Notes under the pieces: generated by a model | Database searches by the model: none | What the model was told of the DNA's origin: nothing | Seen by the model: the letters and a program-made list of their open reading frames with translations, nothing else | Translations under genes and position numbers: made by a program | NCBI GenBank assembly: GCA_951406725.2 | Contig: OX597815.1 | Coordinates: 174,902,001-174,966,000, forward strand | Reading direction: 5' to 3' | DNA: 64,000 nt | Source: Octopus vulgaris | Lineage: Eukaryota | Shown: one piece after another, positions 22,201-33,339 of the stretch | Layout: each line of letters begins with the position of its first letter | Position numbering within the stretch: the first letter of the stretch is position 1

Positions 22201-25200
22201 GAATGTCATGTGTCTGGTGGAGTAAAAGTGTCTCATTTCTTTCCAACCTTTCAACATCTTTTGTCCTTGACCAAACTGTGGCAATGCTGGGGCATTGCCC
22301 TTAAGAAACTTTGAGTGAAACAAACTCAGGAATTATTCTATCAACCCCTTTTGTTAAACCACTAAGTTATGGAACATAAACACAACACAAACACGATGGG
22401 CTTCTTACAGCTTTTGCCTGCCAAATCCACTCACAACACTTTGGTCAACTTGAGACTATAGTAGAAGACGCTTGTCCAAGATGCCACGGAGTGGGAGTGA
22501 ACCTGAAACCACGTGGTTGGGAAGAAAACTTCTTACCACACAGCAATGCCTGCACCTATGTTTATATTTTGCTGTTATGCAATATTGCACATATGCATCC
22601 TACTCTCTGCCCTTAAAAGGCCAATCCCATTACTATTTCAGTAGAGATAATAGCTCCTTGAATGATGTCCACCCACTTCTTACTCAGGCTACTTTGCTTT
22701 TGGAACACCCATCCCTAACTCTTCAACAGATTTAGCTAGTGTTCTCAGCAATTAAAAGTGTATGGTACCACATTCTTTTGCTAACCTGAGTGGCATGTTA
22801 TCTAAGCTAATTCTCTTACTAATTGTACTCTTAATTCATTAATCTTCCTGTTATATTCATTACTCGCTCCATCAATTTCATGCATCCACAGTCACTTCAT
22901 AGAGCATCCATTTTGTCTTGAAATGTAACAATTGATAATGTAGAAAATCGCAGAATTAGCTCCCTTCGCAGGAAAATCAGTGAGTGAGCTCCCTTGATTG
23001 CTATTGATTATCGCGTGCGTATTAGGAAGCTTCTAGAATTTGAGCTACTGGAATGTTCTAGAAAACTCCAGGATTCGGATCTTTTCGGTTTGAACGGCAG
23101 CTTTTTAAAATAATTTCCACGTAACTAAACACTTTTAAACTTCGTATACTGGTAGAATGTGTTTATAAAACATCTTTTTCTCTAGGCTTTATTGAGAAGA
23201 TTCTATAGTTTGTAAGATATTTGTTGTTTTTCTTCAGTGTCTGCAATTTCAACCAATCAATGACGTCTGTTGAGGTGAAAACATTCTGTGCCGTATGAAT
23301 ATGCCCCTCGTTTAAGAAACAGATTGGATTTATTTACATTTGTGAAGAAAAAAAGATACCCTTCCCCCCACCCCTAACCCTAAAACATTGAAATGCAATA
23401 GATCGATACTAGGGTCATAATTATGGGTGACAATTTCATATGACACCGTTATAAAAAACTGCTGTTTAAACCGAAAAGATCCCAAGATTCTCCTTATAAA
23501 AGCAGCTCGCAAACCCAGTGATTTGCTTTTAGCTATTCTTATAGCCAGTCATGTTTCTATTGTCGTATTCTTTTCGTCTCTGTTATTACATCATTATCAT
23601 CATCATTTAATGTCCACTTTCCATAATGGCTGCACCAGGCTCCAATCTGATCTGGCGGAGTTTCTACTGTTGGATGCCCTTCCTAACGCCAACCACTCCG
23701 AGAGAGTAGTGGGTGCTTTTACGTGCCACTAGCACGAGGGCCAGTCAGGTGGTACTGGCAACAGCCACACTCAAATGGTGTTTTTATGTGCCACCTGCAC
23801 AGGAGCCAGTCCAGCAACACTGGCAACGACCTCGCTCGAATGTTGTTTTTCATGTGCCAGTAAGGCGACACAGGTAATGATCATGCTCAGATGGTGCTTT
23901 TCACGTGCCACCAGCACAGGAGCCATACAGCAGCCCTGGCAATGATCACACTCGGATGGTGCTCTCAGCGCTCCACTAGCACAGATGCCAGTCATGCAGT
24001 GCAGTGCAGTCATCGAATTTGATTTCAATTTCACTTGCCTCAACAGGTCTTCACAAGCAGAGTTTAGTGTCCAATGAAGGAAAGGTACGCATAAGTGGGC
24101 TGGTTACACCACTGGCATAGGCCAAGGGTTAAGGTCTCACTTAGCTTGCCAGGTCTTCTCAAGCACAGCATATTTCCAAATTTTTGCTTTTCCTGCAAAG
24201 ACTATCTAACTCTACTATTTACACAACTAATTTTCATACTTTGTAATATTAGATTTAAGTAACTCAACTTTATAATTCAAAGAAAATTAAATATATATTT
24301 TTATGTAGCAATTCGTAGATTTATTTCCTTTCTTCTTTTTGTACAAGAAATTTTGTTACTTTGCCACACACAGCCAGAAATCAAATAGTAACGATCTATA
24401 TCTTTCCAAACTATTTACTGTCCACTACGATAATGATACTGCCATAAGGAACCACTCTCGATTCCCTGGTAAGCTTCAGTAGTGTATAAAATGTTCTACT
24501 TTGGTGAGAGAGGGCATGTGGCTTCATGGCTAAGGTATTTGATTCACAATTGTAAGGTCATGAGTTCAATCTTGGTGGTGTGTTGTGTCCTTGAGCAAGA
24601 TATTTTATTTCATGATATTCCAATTTACTCAGCTGGCAAAAATGAGTTGTACCTGGAATTCAAAGGGCCAACCTTGTCACATTCCATGACACACTGAATC
24701 TCCCAGAGAACTACATTCAGGATATGTGTGTCTGTGGAGTGCTCAGCCACTTGTACATTAATTTCACAAGCAGGCTGTTCAGTTGATCAGATGAACTGGA
24801 ACAATTGTCATCACAACTGAAAGACAGCCAAACCGCATTGTTAAATATTTTCAATGTCTCAGTGATATTTGATGGTCCAGCTCCTTTCTCTACCTTCATG
24901 TCCTTGATTGCCCTTTCAACTATTTCAATTTCAGTAGTTGGTCGTGTTGAGTACATGAGTAGACTCACACACACACACCTCTCTCTTTCTCTCTCTCTCT
25001 CTCTCTTATGCATACTCTTCATATATGCTGCTTTCTTTTCAGTACAGATGAAGGTAAGTGTGTTGCTATCATGCCATAAATACATTTATCATTATCATCA
25101 TCTACTTACGCAGAAGCTTCATGGATTTCACTGCCATCATAAACACCACAACCGGAGAGAACCTAAAAACAAATAAAATTTAAAGTTATATTTTAATATT

Positions 25201-26632
25201 TCAATTAAAAATAGTGTGTATATGTGGTAACATGTGTGAGTGTGTATATGTGCACAATGCAGTGTAGGGTTAGGCTACAAAGTAGAGCATGGTGGAGATT
25301 GATTTCTCCTTTACCTTACTTCTTCATCATCATTGACTTAGCATCTACTTTTCCATGGGCCAGACAATGTTGGGGCAGATTTTGCAATGGGTGAAAGCTT
25401 TTCCTGTTTCCTAATGAGGCAATAATCCCCTAGTCAATCAAACAGCAGCCTTCTCCTAGTTTCGGTCAAAAAAATCCACTCACAAGGTTTCAGTTAGCCA
25501 AGAACTATAGTAGGGGACCATAGCAAGGGGTCATGCCATGGGACTGAACCCTAAACCATGTGGTTGAAAAGCAAACTTCTTAACTACACAGTTATGCCTG
25601 TGCCTATATACAAAGAATTATCTTATCAACATCATTGTTTTAACATCCACTTTTTCTTCCACGCTTGCATGGGTCAAATGGAATTAGTTGAGGTAAATTT
25701 TCTACAGCTAGACATCCTTCCCGTTACCAACCCTAATCTATTTCTAAGCAAGGTAATAATCCCTTAATCAATTGAGCAATGAACAGAAAACAAACAATAT
25801 GGTCTGAGTGAGTCCTTTGTTTAAAAAGGATCTCGAGTGTAAAGAAGCTGCAATATTTTAAGTAAAAAGTTTCTTATTCTTTACTCTACTTGAAGTATTA
25901 GTTTGTCCTATACTTTTACAGGTATAATAACTCATCCTGTACTTTTCCAGGTTTATAAATCTTAAGAATATTACTTTTCATGCTCATATTTTTCTATGTA
26001 ATCCATAATTTTCCAGGCATTGCTGTTATAAGATAATTAATAATGTGTCAATTAATAATTTAGGATCTTACTTTATAAAATTCTGGGTAGGGGGATACAC
26101 TGGCTGCTTTTTTTTGCATGTCAAGTGAGAAGGTAGAAGCTCTTTCATTGATTTGATTGTGTGATGAGATTTTTTTTTACACGTATATGTATAATAAGCA
26201 TATATATCATTGGCAGAAGTTAGAGAGTAAGTCAAAACCTGACAGTATTGGCACTTATCAAACACGAATTTGTCCATTGTCACTCTGTAACTTGCGACTT
26301 CTAAAATAACTTGTAAAATACAAAATTTTGTCATTAAGAGCAAACCCTGTTGTATGTGACACATTGTACCAGTATCAGAAGTTTCAAAGTGTTTCGTTAA
26401 AAAAAAATGAATTAAATAATCTCTCTTTTACTTGTTTCAGTCATTTGACTGCGGCCATGCTGGAGCACCGCCTTTAATCGAGCAACTCGACCCCGGGACT
26501 TATTCTTTTGTAAGCCCAGTACTTATTCTATCGGTCTCTTTTGCCGAACCGCTAAGTAACGGGGACATAAACACACCAGCATTGGTTGTCAAGCAATGCT
26601 AGGGGACAAACACAGATACACAAACACACACA

Positions 26633-26670
<38 letters not shown>

Positions 26671-28179
26671 TTATACAATATAGTGCATATTTATACACAT
26701 AAGGAATCCACTTAGCGTGAATAGTACCCCGGACTTGTCTTCTGTTGTATATGTTTAACCCTAGGTTGGACCTCACCAAAGAAGATCAGACCTTGCAAGT
26801 TCCCCCGACTTGCTAAAAGAAGATCAGAAACCAATTTGGTCCGGGGTACTAGATGGTAAATGTTTTTCATTTCCAAATTTATTCCTGTCGAATTTTATCC
26901 CGTTATTTTTGTGGTTTACAGAACCTAGCTGTTCTCTCTAATGTGTTGAATTTCACGCTAAGTGGATTCCTCATGTGTATAAATATGCACTATATCGTAT
27001 AACTAATATATAGTCTTCTTGACTAATTTTATTTTTTGCACGTTAGACCACTGGAAATGTAAATTTTGATTGAATATTTTAAATTTAATTAAATTCCATT
27101 TCCCTTTGATATGATTAAACATTATATATATATACATATATACGACGGGCTTCTTTCAGTTTCCGTCTACCAAATCCACTCACAAGGCTTTGGTCGGCCC
27201 GAGGCTATAGTAGAAGACACTTGCCCAAGGTGCCACGCAGTGAGACTGAACCCGGAACCATGTGATTGGGAAGCAAGCTACTTACCACACAGCCACTCCT
27301 GCACCTATCTGTACATCAAATTCAATTGATCCAAAACTAATGAACGAAACTTTCAGCCCTTGTGTCACTCTGTTGAGTCAGTTAAATATTAATAACACAC
27401 ACACGTATATATACGCATGTTTTGAGTTCTATTGTTCCTGTTTGCATCGCCAAAACTATAAATGTGTATGTGTGGAGATGAACTTGCCCGATATAGCTTA
27501 ATAAGTGAAACATCATCTGATCCCTATGACCTTACGAGGGTGTTGTTGTCGGTTAATGTTATCGGGAATTGTCTGGTGTAGGACACTTGCATCACTCAAT
27601 TGGGTAAAGGACATTGGACCGTTTGCTTTTCAAGGTGCTTTCATGTGGCTACCCTATTACGGAATTGTGTGTGTGTGTGGTGAAACTAGCCGTGATGGAT
27701 ACTTAACAATATAAAATTCGGATTATATATATATATCAATTAAAAACTTTTTACTGTAAAAGCAGTTCATTTCCACCGTGTCTTGCAAATGTCTATGTAA
27801 TGTCCTAATTTGGTGTCCTTGTGATAAATAAATATAGATATATTTTATATGGGTATTTTAAAGTTACAACTTTCTCATAACCTATCTCTATAAATCTGCG
27901 AAAGAGGAGATAGATCGATAGATAGAAGGATAGATAGATGCACTGAGAATATAGGATGATGTTTGTGCGTTAAATGACCGCAGTTAGTAAATTAATTATT
28001 GAAGTAAAAAAGAAACAGAGAGCGATGATAAGACAGAAAGAAAGAGTTAAAGGCTTAGGATTGATACTTACCACAGCAACTTTGGCCTCGGCCGGGATAT
28101 TTGAACTGAAGGCCCTGCGGAGAATAGCATTCGAACCGGCGTACAGGGTCCGACCAGCGGAAGCTGTAAAAGATAACAT
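7124..28179 (-). CDS. GATD3: Glutamine amidotransferase-like class 1 domain protein 3 / ES1 protein homolog, mitochondrial. 7 coding exons: 28072-28179, 25110-25162, 21255-21365, 17351-17470, 12462-12554, 8798-8951, 7124-7249; 765 nt, 254 aa
   Basis: Exons join in phase: [254 protein letters not shown]. Signature ES1/ElbB motifs [14 protein letters not shown], [26 protein letters not shown] and PAFM are present. Arg/Ser-rich N-terminus resembles a mitochondrial presequence. Confidence 0.96.
7250..8797 (-). other. U12-type (minor spliceosome) intron with AT-AT termini, GATD3 intron 6
   Basis: 5' end ATATCCTTT; branch motif TTTCTTGAC with the A at 7266, 16 nt before the intron end; 3' end ...TTTTTTTAT|GAA; in-frame join KDVT|EAHID. 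Confidence 0.88.
8798..8951 (-). CDS. GATD3: GATD3/ES1 exon 6
   Basis: ACCAG acceptor, [12 protein letters not shown]...WPYA...KDVT, followed by U12-type donor ATATCCTTT. Confidence 0.94.
9055..9335 (-). mobile_element. CR1-like LINE 3' end with (TTA)n tail; second copy at 31587-31827
   Basis: Both copies share ATTGTATACA-TGCTCAGGTGCACCACAACT next to an (AAT)n run; resembles a CR1 C-terminal coding remnant. Confidence 0.65.
10241..10500 (-). ncRNA. Highly structured ~260-nt element with a hammerhead fold (U3-A8 core); probable solo PLE terminal repeat or retrozyme-like unit in GATD3 intron 5
   Basis: UCUACA-UUGAUAA-GGGG CAAAUA CCCU-GAAA CUAG UC^UACAGA, extended stem I (UGCC/GGCA, UGGC/GCCA) and four or more further hairpins. 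Confidence 0.6.
11785..11990 (-). mobile_element. RTE tail copy
   Basis: (CAT)n then TTTAACATCCGTTTTCCATGC...CACCAGGCTCCAATCTGATCTGGCA. Confidence 0.75.
12462..12554 (-). CDS. GATD3: GATD3/ES1 exon 5
   Basis: TTTCAG acceptor, SSFAIDG...[11 protein letters not shown], donor GTAAGT. Confidence 0.96.
12845..13170 (+). mobile_element. RTE tail copy
   Basis: Consensus tail ending in (GAT)n. Confidence 0.8.
14289..14668 (+). mobile_element. Two head-to-tail copies of a short SINE (first one 5'-truncated)
   Basis: Repeated GATCAACTTTGCCTTTCAT...AAAATAAGT-CCAG...AAATTGCTGGCCTT...ATTTGAAAC-AATATT; TTACTGCTC(G/A)CA before, between and after. Confidence 0.7.
16670..17312 (+). mobile_element. RTE LINE 3' end with 66-bp tandem units in the 3'UTR
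   Basis: [11 protein letters not shown] remnant; units start at 16975, 17041 and 17107; (ATG)n tail. Confidence 0.85.
17351..17470 (-). CDS. GATD3: GATD3/ES1 exon 4
   Basis: CTCCTCAG acceptor, [12 protein letters not shown]...[10 protein letters not shown], donor GTAAGT. Confidence 0.97.
18263..19484 (-). mobile_element. Degenerate mariner element with TIRs
   Basis: TIRs CGACGGGGTACCCAAAAGAAAC / GTTACTTTTATGTACCCCCTCG; N-terminus [30 protein letters not shown]; PDLAP.NFF-type remnant near 18520-18545. Confidence 0.8.
20503..20900 (+). mobile_element. RTE (BovB-like) LINE C-terminal fragment
   Basis: WSGHVTSME...FGELA...[10 protein letters not shown]...WENLAKNRS, followed by a C2H2-like remnant. 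Confidence 0.65.
21255..21365 (-). CDS. GATD3: GATD3/ES1 exon 3
   Basis: ACAG acceptor, VLVHLSR...[14 protein letters not shown], donor GTAGG. Confidence 0.95.
23077..23482. mobile_element. MITE with ~30-bp TIRs and 8-bp TSD (Merlin-like)
   Basis: GGATCTTTTCGGTTTGAACGGCAG ... CTGCTGTTTAAACCGAAAAGATCC; flanks CAGGATTC / CAAGATTC; internal CCCTAACCCTAA. Confidence 0.8.
23597..24180 (-). mobile_element. RTE LINE 3'UTR copy
   Basis: Colinear with 1536-2120. Confidence 0.85.
25110..25162 (-). CDS. GATD3: GATD3/ES1 exon 2
   Basis: TTTTTAG acceptor, [17 protein letters not shown], donor GTAAGT. Confidence 0.96.
26423..27305 (-). mobile_element. Well-preserved SINE A split at its internal (TA)n by an insertion
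   Basis: 3' half at 26423-26668 and 5' half at 27125-27305, both close to consensus with CpGs retained. Confidence 0.85.
26669..27120 (+). mobile_element. PLE-like terminal-repeat insertion with inverted duplication and a decayed hammerhead
   Basis: 53-bp inverted repeat 26669-26721 / 26952-27004; 13-bp inverted repeat 26722-26734 / 26839-26851; GAAACCAATTTGGTC^CGGGG. Confidence 0.6.
28072..28179 (-). CDS. GATD3: GATD3/ES1 coding exon 1 (presequence-like)
   Basis: ATG at 28179, 36 codons ending KVAV, donor GTAAGT, phase 0. Confidence 0.9.
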
Positions 28180-28480
28180 AACGAACCCTTCTTCTTGATC
28201 AAACAAACCAAACAAGAAATTTCTCACTACGCCACGAGAGATCGACAACAGTGACGGCGGCTGACGGAGATTAGCGAAAGTTGCCGAAATGATCACACAC
28301 ATACACAACATCATTCATAGACGGAGACGAGACAAAACAAACGTGAAAAAGCCATGAACTCGTTAGGACAATCGATCTTTTTTTTAAAACAAAAACACAG
28401 ACTTTTACAATAGGCAAAGGAGAAACTGAAGGTGGAAATGTAAAGAAAGTAAGAAATTTATTGTGACGTAAACAAAACTA
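28180..28480 (-). promoter_or_regulatory. Probable GATD3 5'UTR/promoter region
   Basis: Non-repetitive and locally CpG-richer sequence just upstream of the ATG; CRE-like TGACGTAA at 28464-28471. Confidence 0.4.
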
Positions 28481-28759
28481 GGACATGAAAAAATCTTTCT
28501 TCCGTGGTGGTCATATAAAACTATTTAATTCCTTCACAAAACATTTATTAGAAATACTTATTTTAAAAGGACAAAGGAAGATACAGGAGAATCGGTAAAT
28601 ACACAATCAAAACAGGTCTTTTCTAAATAAATTTTTGACGTACTCAGAGAAAACAGATAGCATGGACACTAGGGATGGCGAAGGTGAGATGCTGGAACAA
28701 TCAAGTTTCCTTTGCGCATCACCTTATATATGTAGGTATGCATGAACACACACATACAT

Positions 28760-29097
28760 AGTAAAGACCCCCTTCGGTCAAGAATGACCATGGGATTGCA
28801 CCTAGAAAGTTACCCTCAGAGGCACAAGTCCGGAGAAGGTTGTTTATGGAAGACACGCCAATCGCCCGCGTACACCAGTCTCCCCCCACCTCATGTCATC
28901 GATGTTACCCAAAGGAAAGGCAAAGGGGCCGATACAGCTTTGCACCAGTGACGTCGCAATTCATTTCTACAGCTGAAGGAACTGCAACAGCGTATAAATA
29001 AAGTGTCTTGCTCAAAAACACCAACAACAGCCGGGACCGAGAATCGAACTCACTGCCTCGTTATTGTAAGACTGACGCTCTAACCAGGTGCCTTCAC
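28760..29097 (-). mobile_element. tRNA-derived SINE (second family); related copies at about 14735-15030(-) and 24510-24810(+)
   Basis: Head TGGTTAGAGCGTCAG...GAGTTCGATTCTC, then TTGAGCAAGACACTTTATTT. Confidence 0.7.
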
Positions 29098-29559
29098 ATG
29101 ATATATATATATATTTATATATATATATGTATATAATTATAGATGTTACTCCACCGACTTTGTTGCCTCATAATTTCCAGAAAAATGGATACTTTTTAAC
29201 GAAACTTTCTACAAATAATCGCTTAGATCCTGTAGATTGAGTGTATGGAAAGATTTATTGGAAAATATTTTCCCGATGGGTTGGGCAGAGGAGTTTCGGA
29301 AAATTCACACGACCCGACATTTTTTCCCTCTTAACTTTCAGAAAAATGGATATTTTTTAATGAAATTTTATGTGAATACCTTTCAAACAGTGTAGATTAC
29401 GATTACAAAGAAATTTGCAGGCAAAATCTTTTTGGAAGGAGGGGGAGTTTCTGTAAAATCGTGTTTTCGGTCAGATGGCCCACAATTAAAACCTGTGTGA
29501 GAAACATTGTTGGTTAAAAAAAAATTCTTAAGAATTTCAGAGTATAATATGTAATTTAA

Positions 29560-29780
29560 AGGAGATCTGGCTCTTGTTTCTAGCACAGCCCAATACCCTC
29601 CTCGGTTCTTTCTCACCCTCACATCTTGCCGCCTGAATGCCGGTCGCTTCGCGTGTCATATGGAGTTGAACCTGAGGAGCTTGGCCTAGGCAAACATCCC
29701 CTCCATCTTGGAACCATCTGGATTGTCCAAATTTGATGGGAAGAGACCTGACAGCCTCACTCTGTGCCCCTAGTCGCACC
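29560..29780 (+). mobile_element. CRE-like non-LTR fragment (zinc knuckle plus restriction-like endonuclease start)
   Basis: LTSCRLNAGRFACHMELN ... IPSILEPSGLSKFDGKRPDSLTLCP, matching the LEPxGL..DGKRPDGxTL.PW pattern. Confidence 0.65.
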
Positions 29781-30454
29781 TTATTAAATTGTATCTACAA
29801 CCTAACACCACACTGCCCCCACTTCACCCCACCCTTCCCCTACAGGCACCAACCCTCATCCTACCCAACCAGTCACTGACCCCAACCCTGCCACCACAGA
29901 TACACAAGCATTCACACAGGAGCCTCTAATCCCAAGAAAAGAGTCCCATTGTGTTGTATAATGAAGAGCTGGTGAAGGAGTTAAGATCCCTTCATTCAAT
30001 TCAGTTCTCCCTCTTTCTCTCTTCTCCTCTTTCAGGCTCATTTAATATTGTTATTCATTCATTTATCTAATGTCACAGTTTCGCTGACCGAAAACTGTTG
30101 GCTATAGCTCTAGTTAAAAATATTATTATTATTATTATTATTATGATTACTATTATTATTATTATTCTTTCCCACCAGCAACCAGAGTGATTGCTGTTTC
30201 ACGGTGCACCCACCCATCCCACCCCTCCATCTAAACCAGAAGTCTTTATCCTCTCACTTCTATTGGATGTCTTTCCCCTGAACACCTCCAACGGCTTAAA
30301 TGTTTCCCCCATCCCTTCTTAGTGTTTATCTCCTATGGAATGTAGTGATTATGTAGCATATAAAACGATGGTGTGTAATGTATGCAGGTTGAAGGCTATT
30401 TTATGTTTATGAGTTCTGCCTAATGTGAGCTTTCTTTTCATATACATGATGCTG

Positions 30455-32350
30455 CTGTCTCCTAACCCAGCATCTCATGGGCCCACACTTTCCACACCCT
30501 GAGAGTTGGCATAATATTGGCACGTTGAAAAGTTCATCTGGTGAGATTGTTGAGATGATTGAACGGAAACATGTAGATTTATGCTGCATCCAATAAGTAA
30601 GGTGGAAAGGAAGTTCTGCTAAGTTCCTCACAGGCAAAGAACATAGGTATAAGATTTTCTGGGTAGGGAACACTGACGGGGTCAGGTGTGTGGGTATACT
30701 TCTTGTGAATAAATGGGTTGATAAGGTAATCAAGGTAGTCAGAGTCTGTGATAGAACACTTAATCTTAGAGTAGTGCTGCAACATGGATTAGCAACCATT
30801 ATCTTGTCTTATACCCCTCAGCCAGGGATACCTGATGAACAGAAGGACCAATTTTATAACACCCTGCTGCAGACTACCTCGTTGATGGATGACAGGGAGC
30901 TTCTCTCTGTGGCTGGTGACTTCAGTGGGCATGTTGAACAACAGGCAGGGAGCTTCCATGGTGACTGTGGATTTGGTTCCTGCAATGAGAAGGGAACCAC
31001 ACTGCTGGAGTTCTGTGATGCAAATGACCTTATGGTTTGTAATACTAACTTCAGGAAACCTACCAGTCATCTATTCACCCACCGGTCTGACGGACACACT
31101 ATGCAAATTGACTGCGTTCTCACTGGGAAACAAGAAAGATGGCTACTTATAAATGCCAAAACCTTCCCAGGTGAAGACTGCACCCCACAACATAGGTTAG
31201 TAGTTAGTGACTTCAGGATCAGGGCTACATGGATGCCCAGAAGACGAACAGCATGGAAAAGAAGGGTCTGGAAGCTTAAGGATCTTGTGAATGGACAGAG
31301 ATTTAGAGACGTATTATTCGAAGATTTTGTTGTTGAAGTGGAGGATATACCATCACATAATGTGAAAGACAACTGGAGGTTCCTACAGGACAACCTGTTG
31401 AGGGCTACTGACCAGATCTGTGGATGGTGCAAAGACCCCTCTTGACATAAGGTAATGTGATGGTGGAACTATGTAGTTGACAGAACAATTAGGGAAAAGA
31501 AACAGACATGGAAAGACTGGAAGAACGATGGTAGCAGGGAACTGTATCAGATCGCCAGGAGGGAAGCGAGGAGACAGCTTTACTTAAAATAATAATAATA
31601 ATGAAATTATTGTATACAGTGCTCAGGTGCACCACAACTTGTCAGAAAGTGCATATAAAGTACATACAGTAATGTAGAAATGTCTGGAAAGTGAACATGC
31701 TTGTGTGTGTATGGAGGGGAGAAAATCAAGTGTAGTGTTGGCGAATCTCAGGAAGCATGGAAGTCTTGAAGGATGCAGTGCTCCGACAACTAACAACCGA
31801 TGCCGGCAGTTTGTTCCACACTTCAGCCAGAGGGAAATCAGATAAAAAATTTGCCAATGCTCTGTGTCATGAGGACCAAAGACTTGAAGTGTTTTGTGTT
31901 GCAAGACAATGTGTGAGATATAGTTATGTCATAGGAGAGAAATGTGTCCACATAGATGATGGTGCACTTGCATTTAATGAGGTTGCAAAGTAAAAAACTT
32001 GGAGACGCCACTATGAAAGGCTGCTAAATGAAGAGAATGAATGGGAGAAAGAGAGTCTGCCAAATGTCAACCCAACCAGCTATCTGAATTGACAGTACCT
32101 TGGTAGATAGAGCAATTAACGGTATGAAGACAGGGAATGCCCCCGGCCCATCAGAAATCACAGCAGAGATGCTTAAAATATCTGGCTGTGTAGGCAATAT
32201 TCTAGTCACGCATATAGTCAATCAGGTGATACATGAAGGAGTCATACCCAATGACTGGTGTAGCAGTACCATAGTCAACTGCTACAAAGGTAAAGGTGAC
32301 ACATTAGATACAAATAATTACAGAGGTATCAAATTGTTGGATCAGGTAGT
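30455..32350 (+). mobile_element. RTE LINE 5' part (APE plus start of RT), interrupted by a CR1 tail at 31587-31827
   Basis: GVGILLVNKW, AGDFSGHV, LMVCNTNFRK, QIDCVL, QHRLVVSDF; [23 protein letters not shown]; same family as 1536-4730. Confidence 0.9.
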
Positions 32351-32724
32351 GAATGGTGCAGGGAATACCAGCATTACTAGAAATAAGAGTCAAAGAATTC
32401 TTTAGCTACAGAAAGTACATTTTCTATTTACTGACAGGGGAGACAACCTCCCAAAGAGAGAGAAGGGGAAGGAGAAGAGAGCAGAAGAGCATAATTTCAC
32501 AAACAATTCATATTTCACTTCAGCAACAGCTATTTCATTAGCTATAAATATTAATAATTACATAGTTACATAATTATGGTGCATAATTAATTGAAATCTA
32601 ATTTAAAGCAATATTTATCTCAAATAACCAGGAATATTATGATTTGTGTCAGCCAGAAACAATTATGGGCTGAATAAGACAGACAGAAACCAATAGGGGA
32701 ACGAATATGTGTCTGTGTTTTTAC

Positions 32725-32765
<41 letters not shown>

Positions 32766-33339
32766 CGTACTGCGGGCTCCTAACCACCATAACATGACTC
32801 CAACAGTCTAGTCAGCAGTAAGGGAAGCCACAGGTCAGCCCAGCAAGCCAACTTACTTAGAGAGGAAGTAGTAATTATAGAAGTCAGAAGAGTTGACAAT
32901 AACGAACAAAACCATTGAGTATAAGCAAAATAAAAGAACTTTAATTAAAAGGTGAATAAAAATTTATGGAATACATTTTAGTGAGTTCTTTCATTTACCT
33001 CTAAAATGTGTAGAACAGAGTTCTTTTGGTGAGCTCTTCTTTTATTCACCAGCCAAAGGATTTATTTTTTATCTTTTTATGACTGGACTCTGTTGTTACT
33101 TCACATTCATGTTAATCCGGTAACCAACTTCATACTCCGCATTCTTTATGTCACTAACTGATACTGCAAATTCCTACACCAGTTCAAATTGTTCACCTTA
33201 CAGCAAAGATGTCACTGTTCATCTTGACCAACTCACATCAACCACATCACATCGACTGCTTGGGCACCGACTCACTCATCAACTGCTTCACATCATCTAA
33301 TAACAACTGACTGCTCACATTGATTAATGACACCATCTG

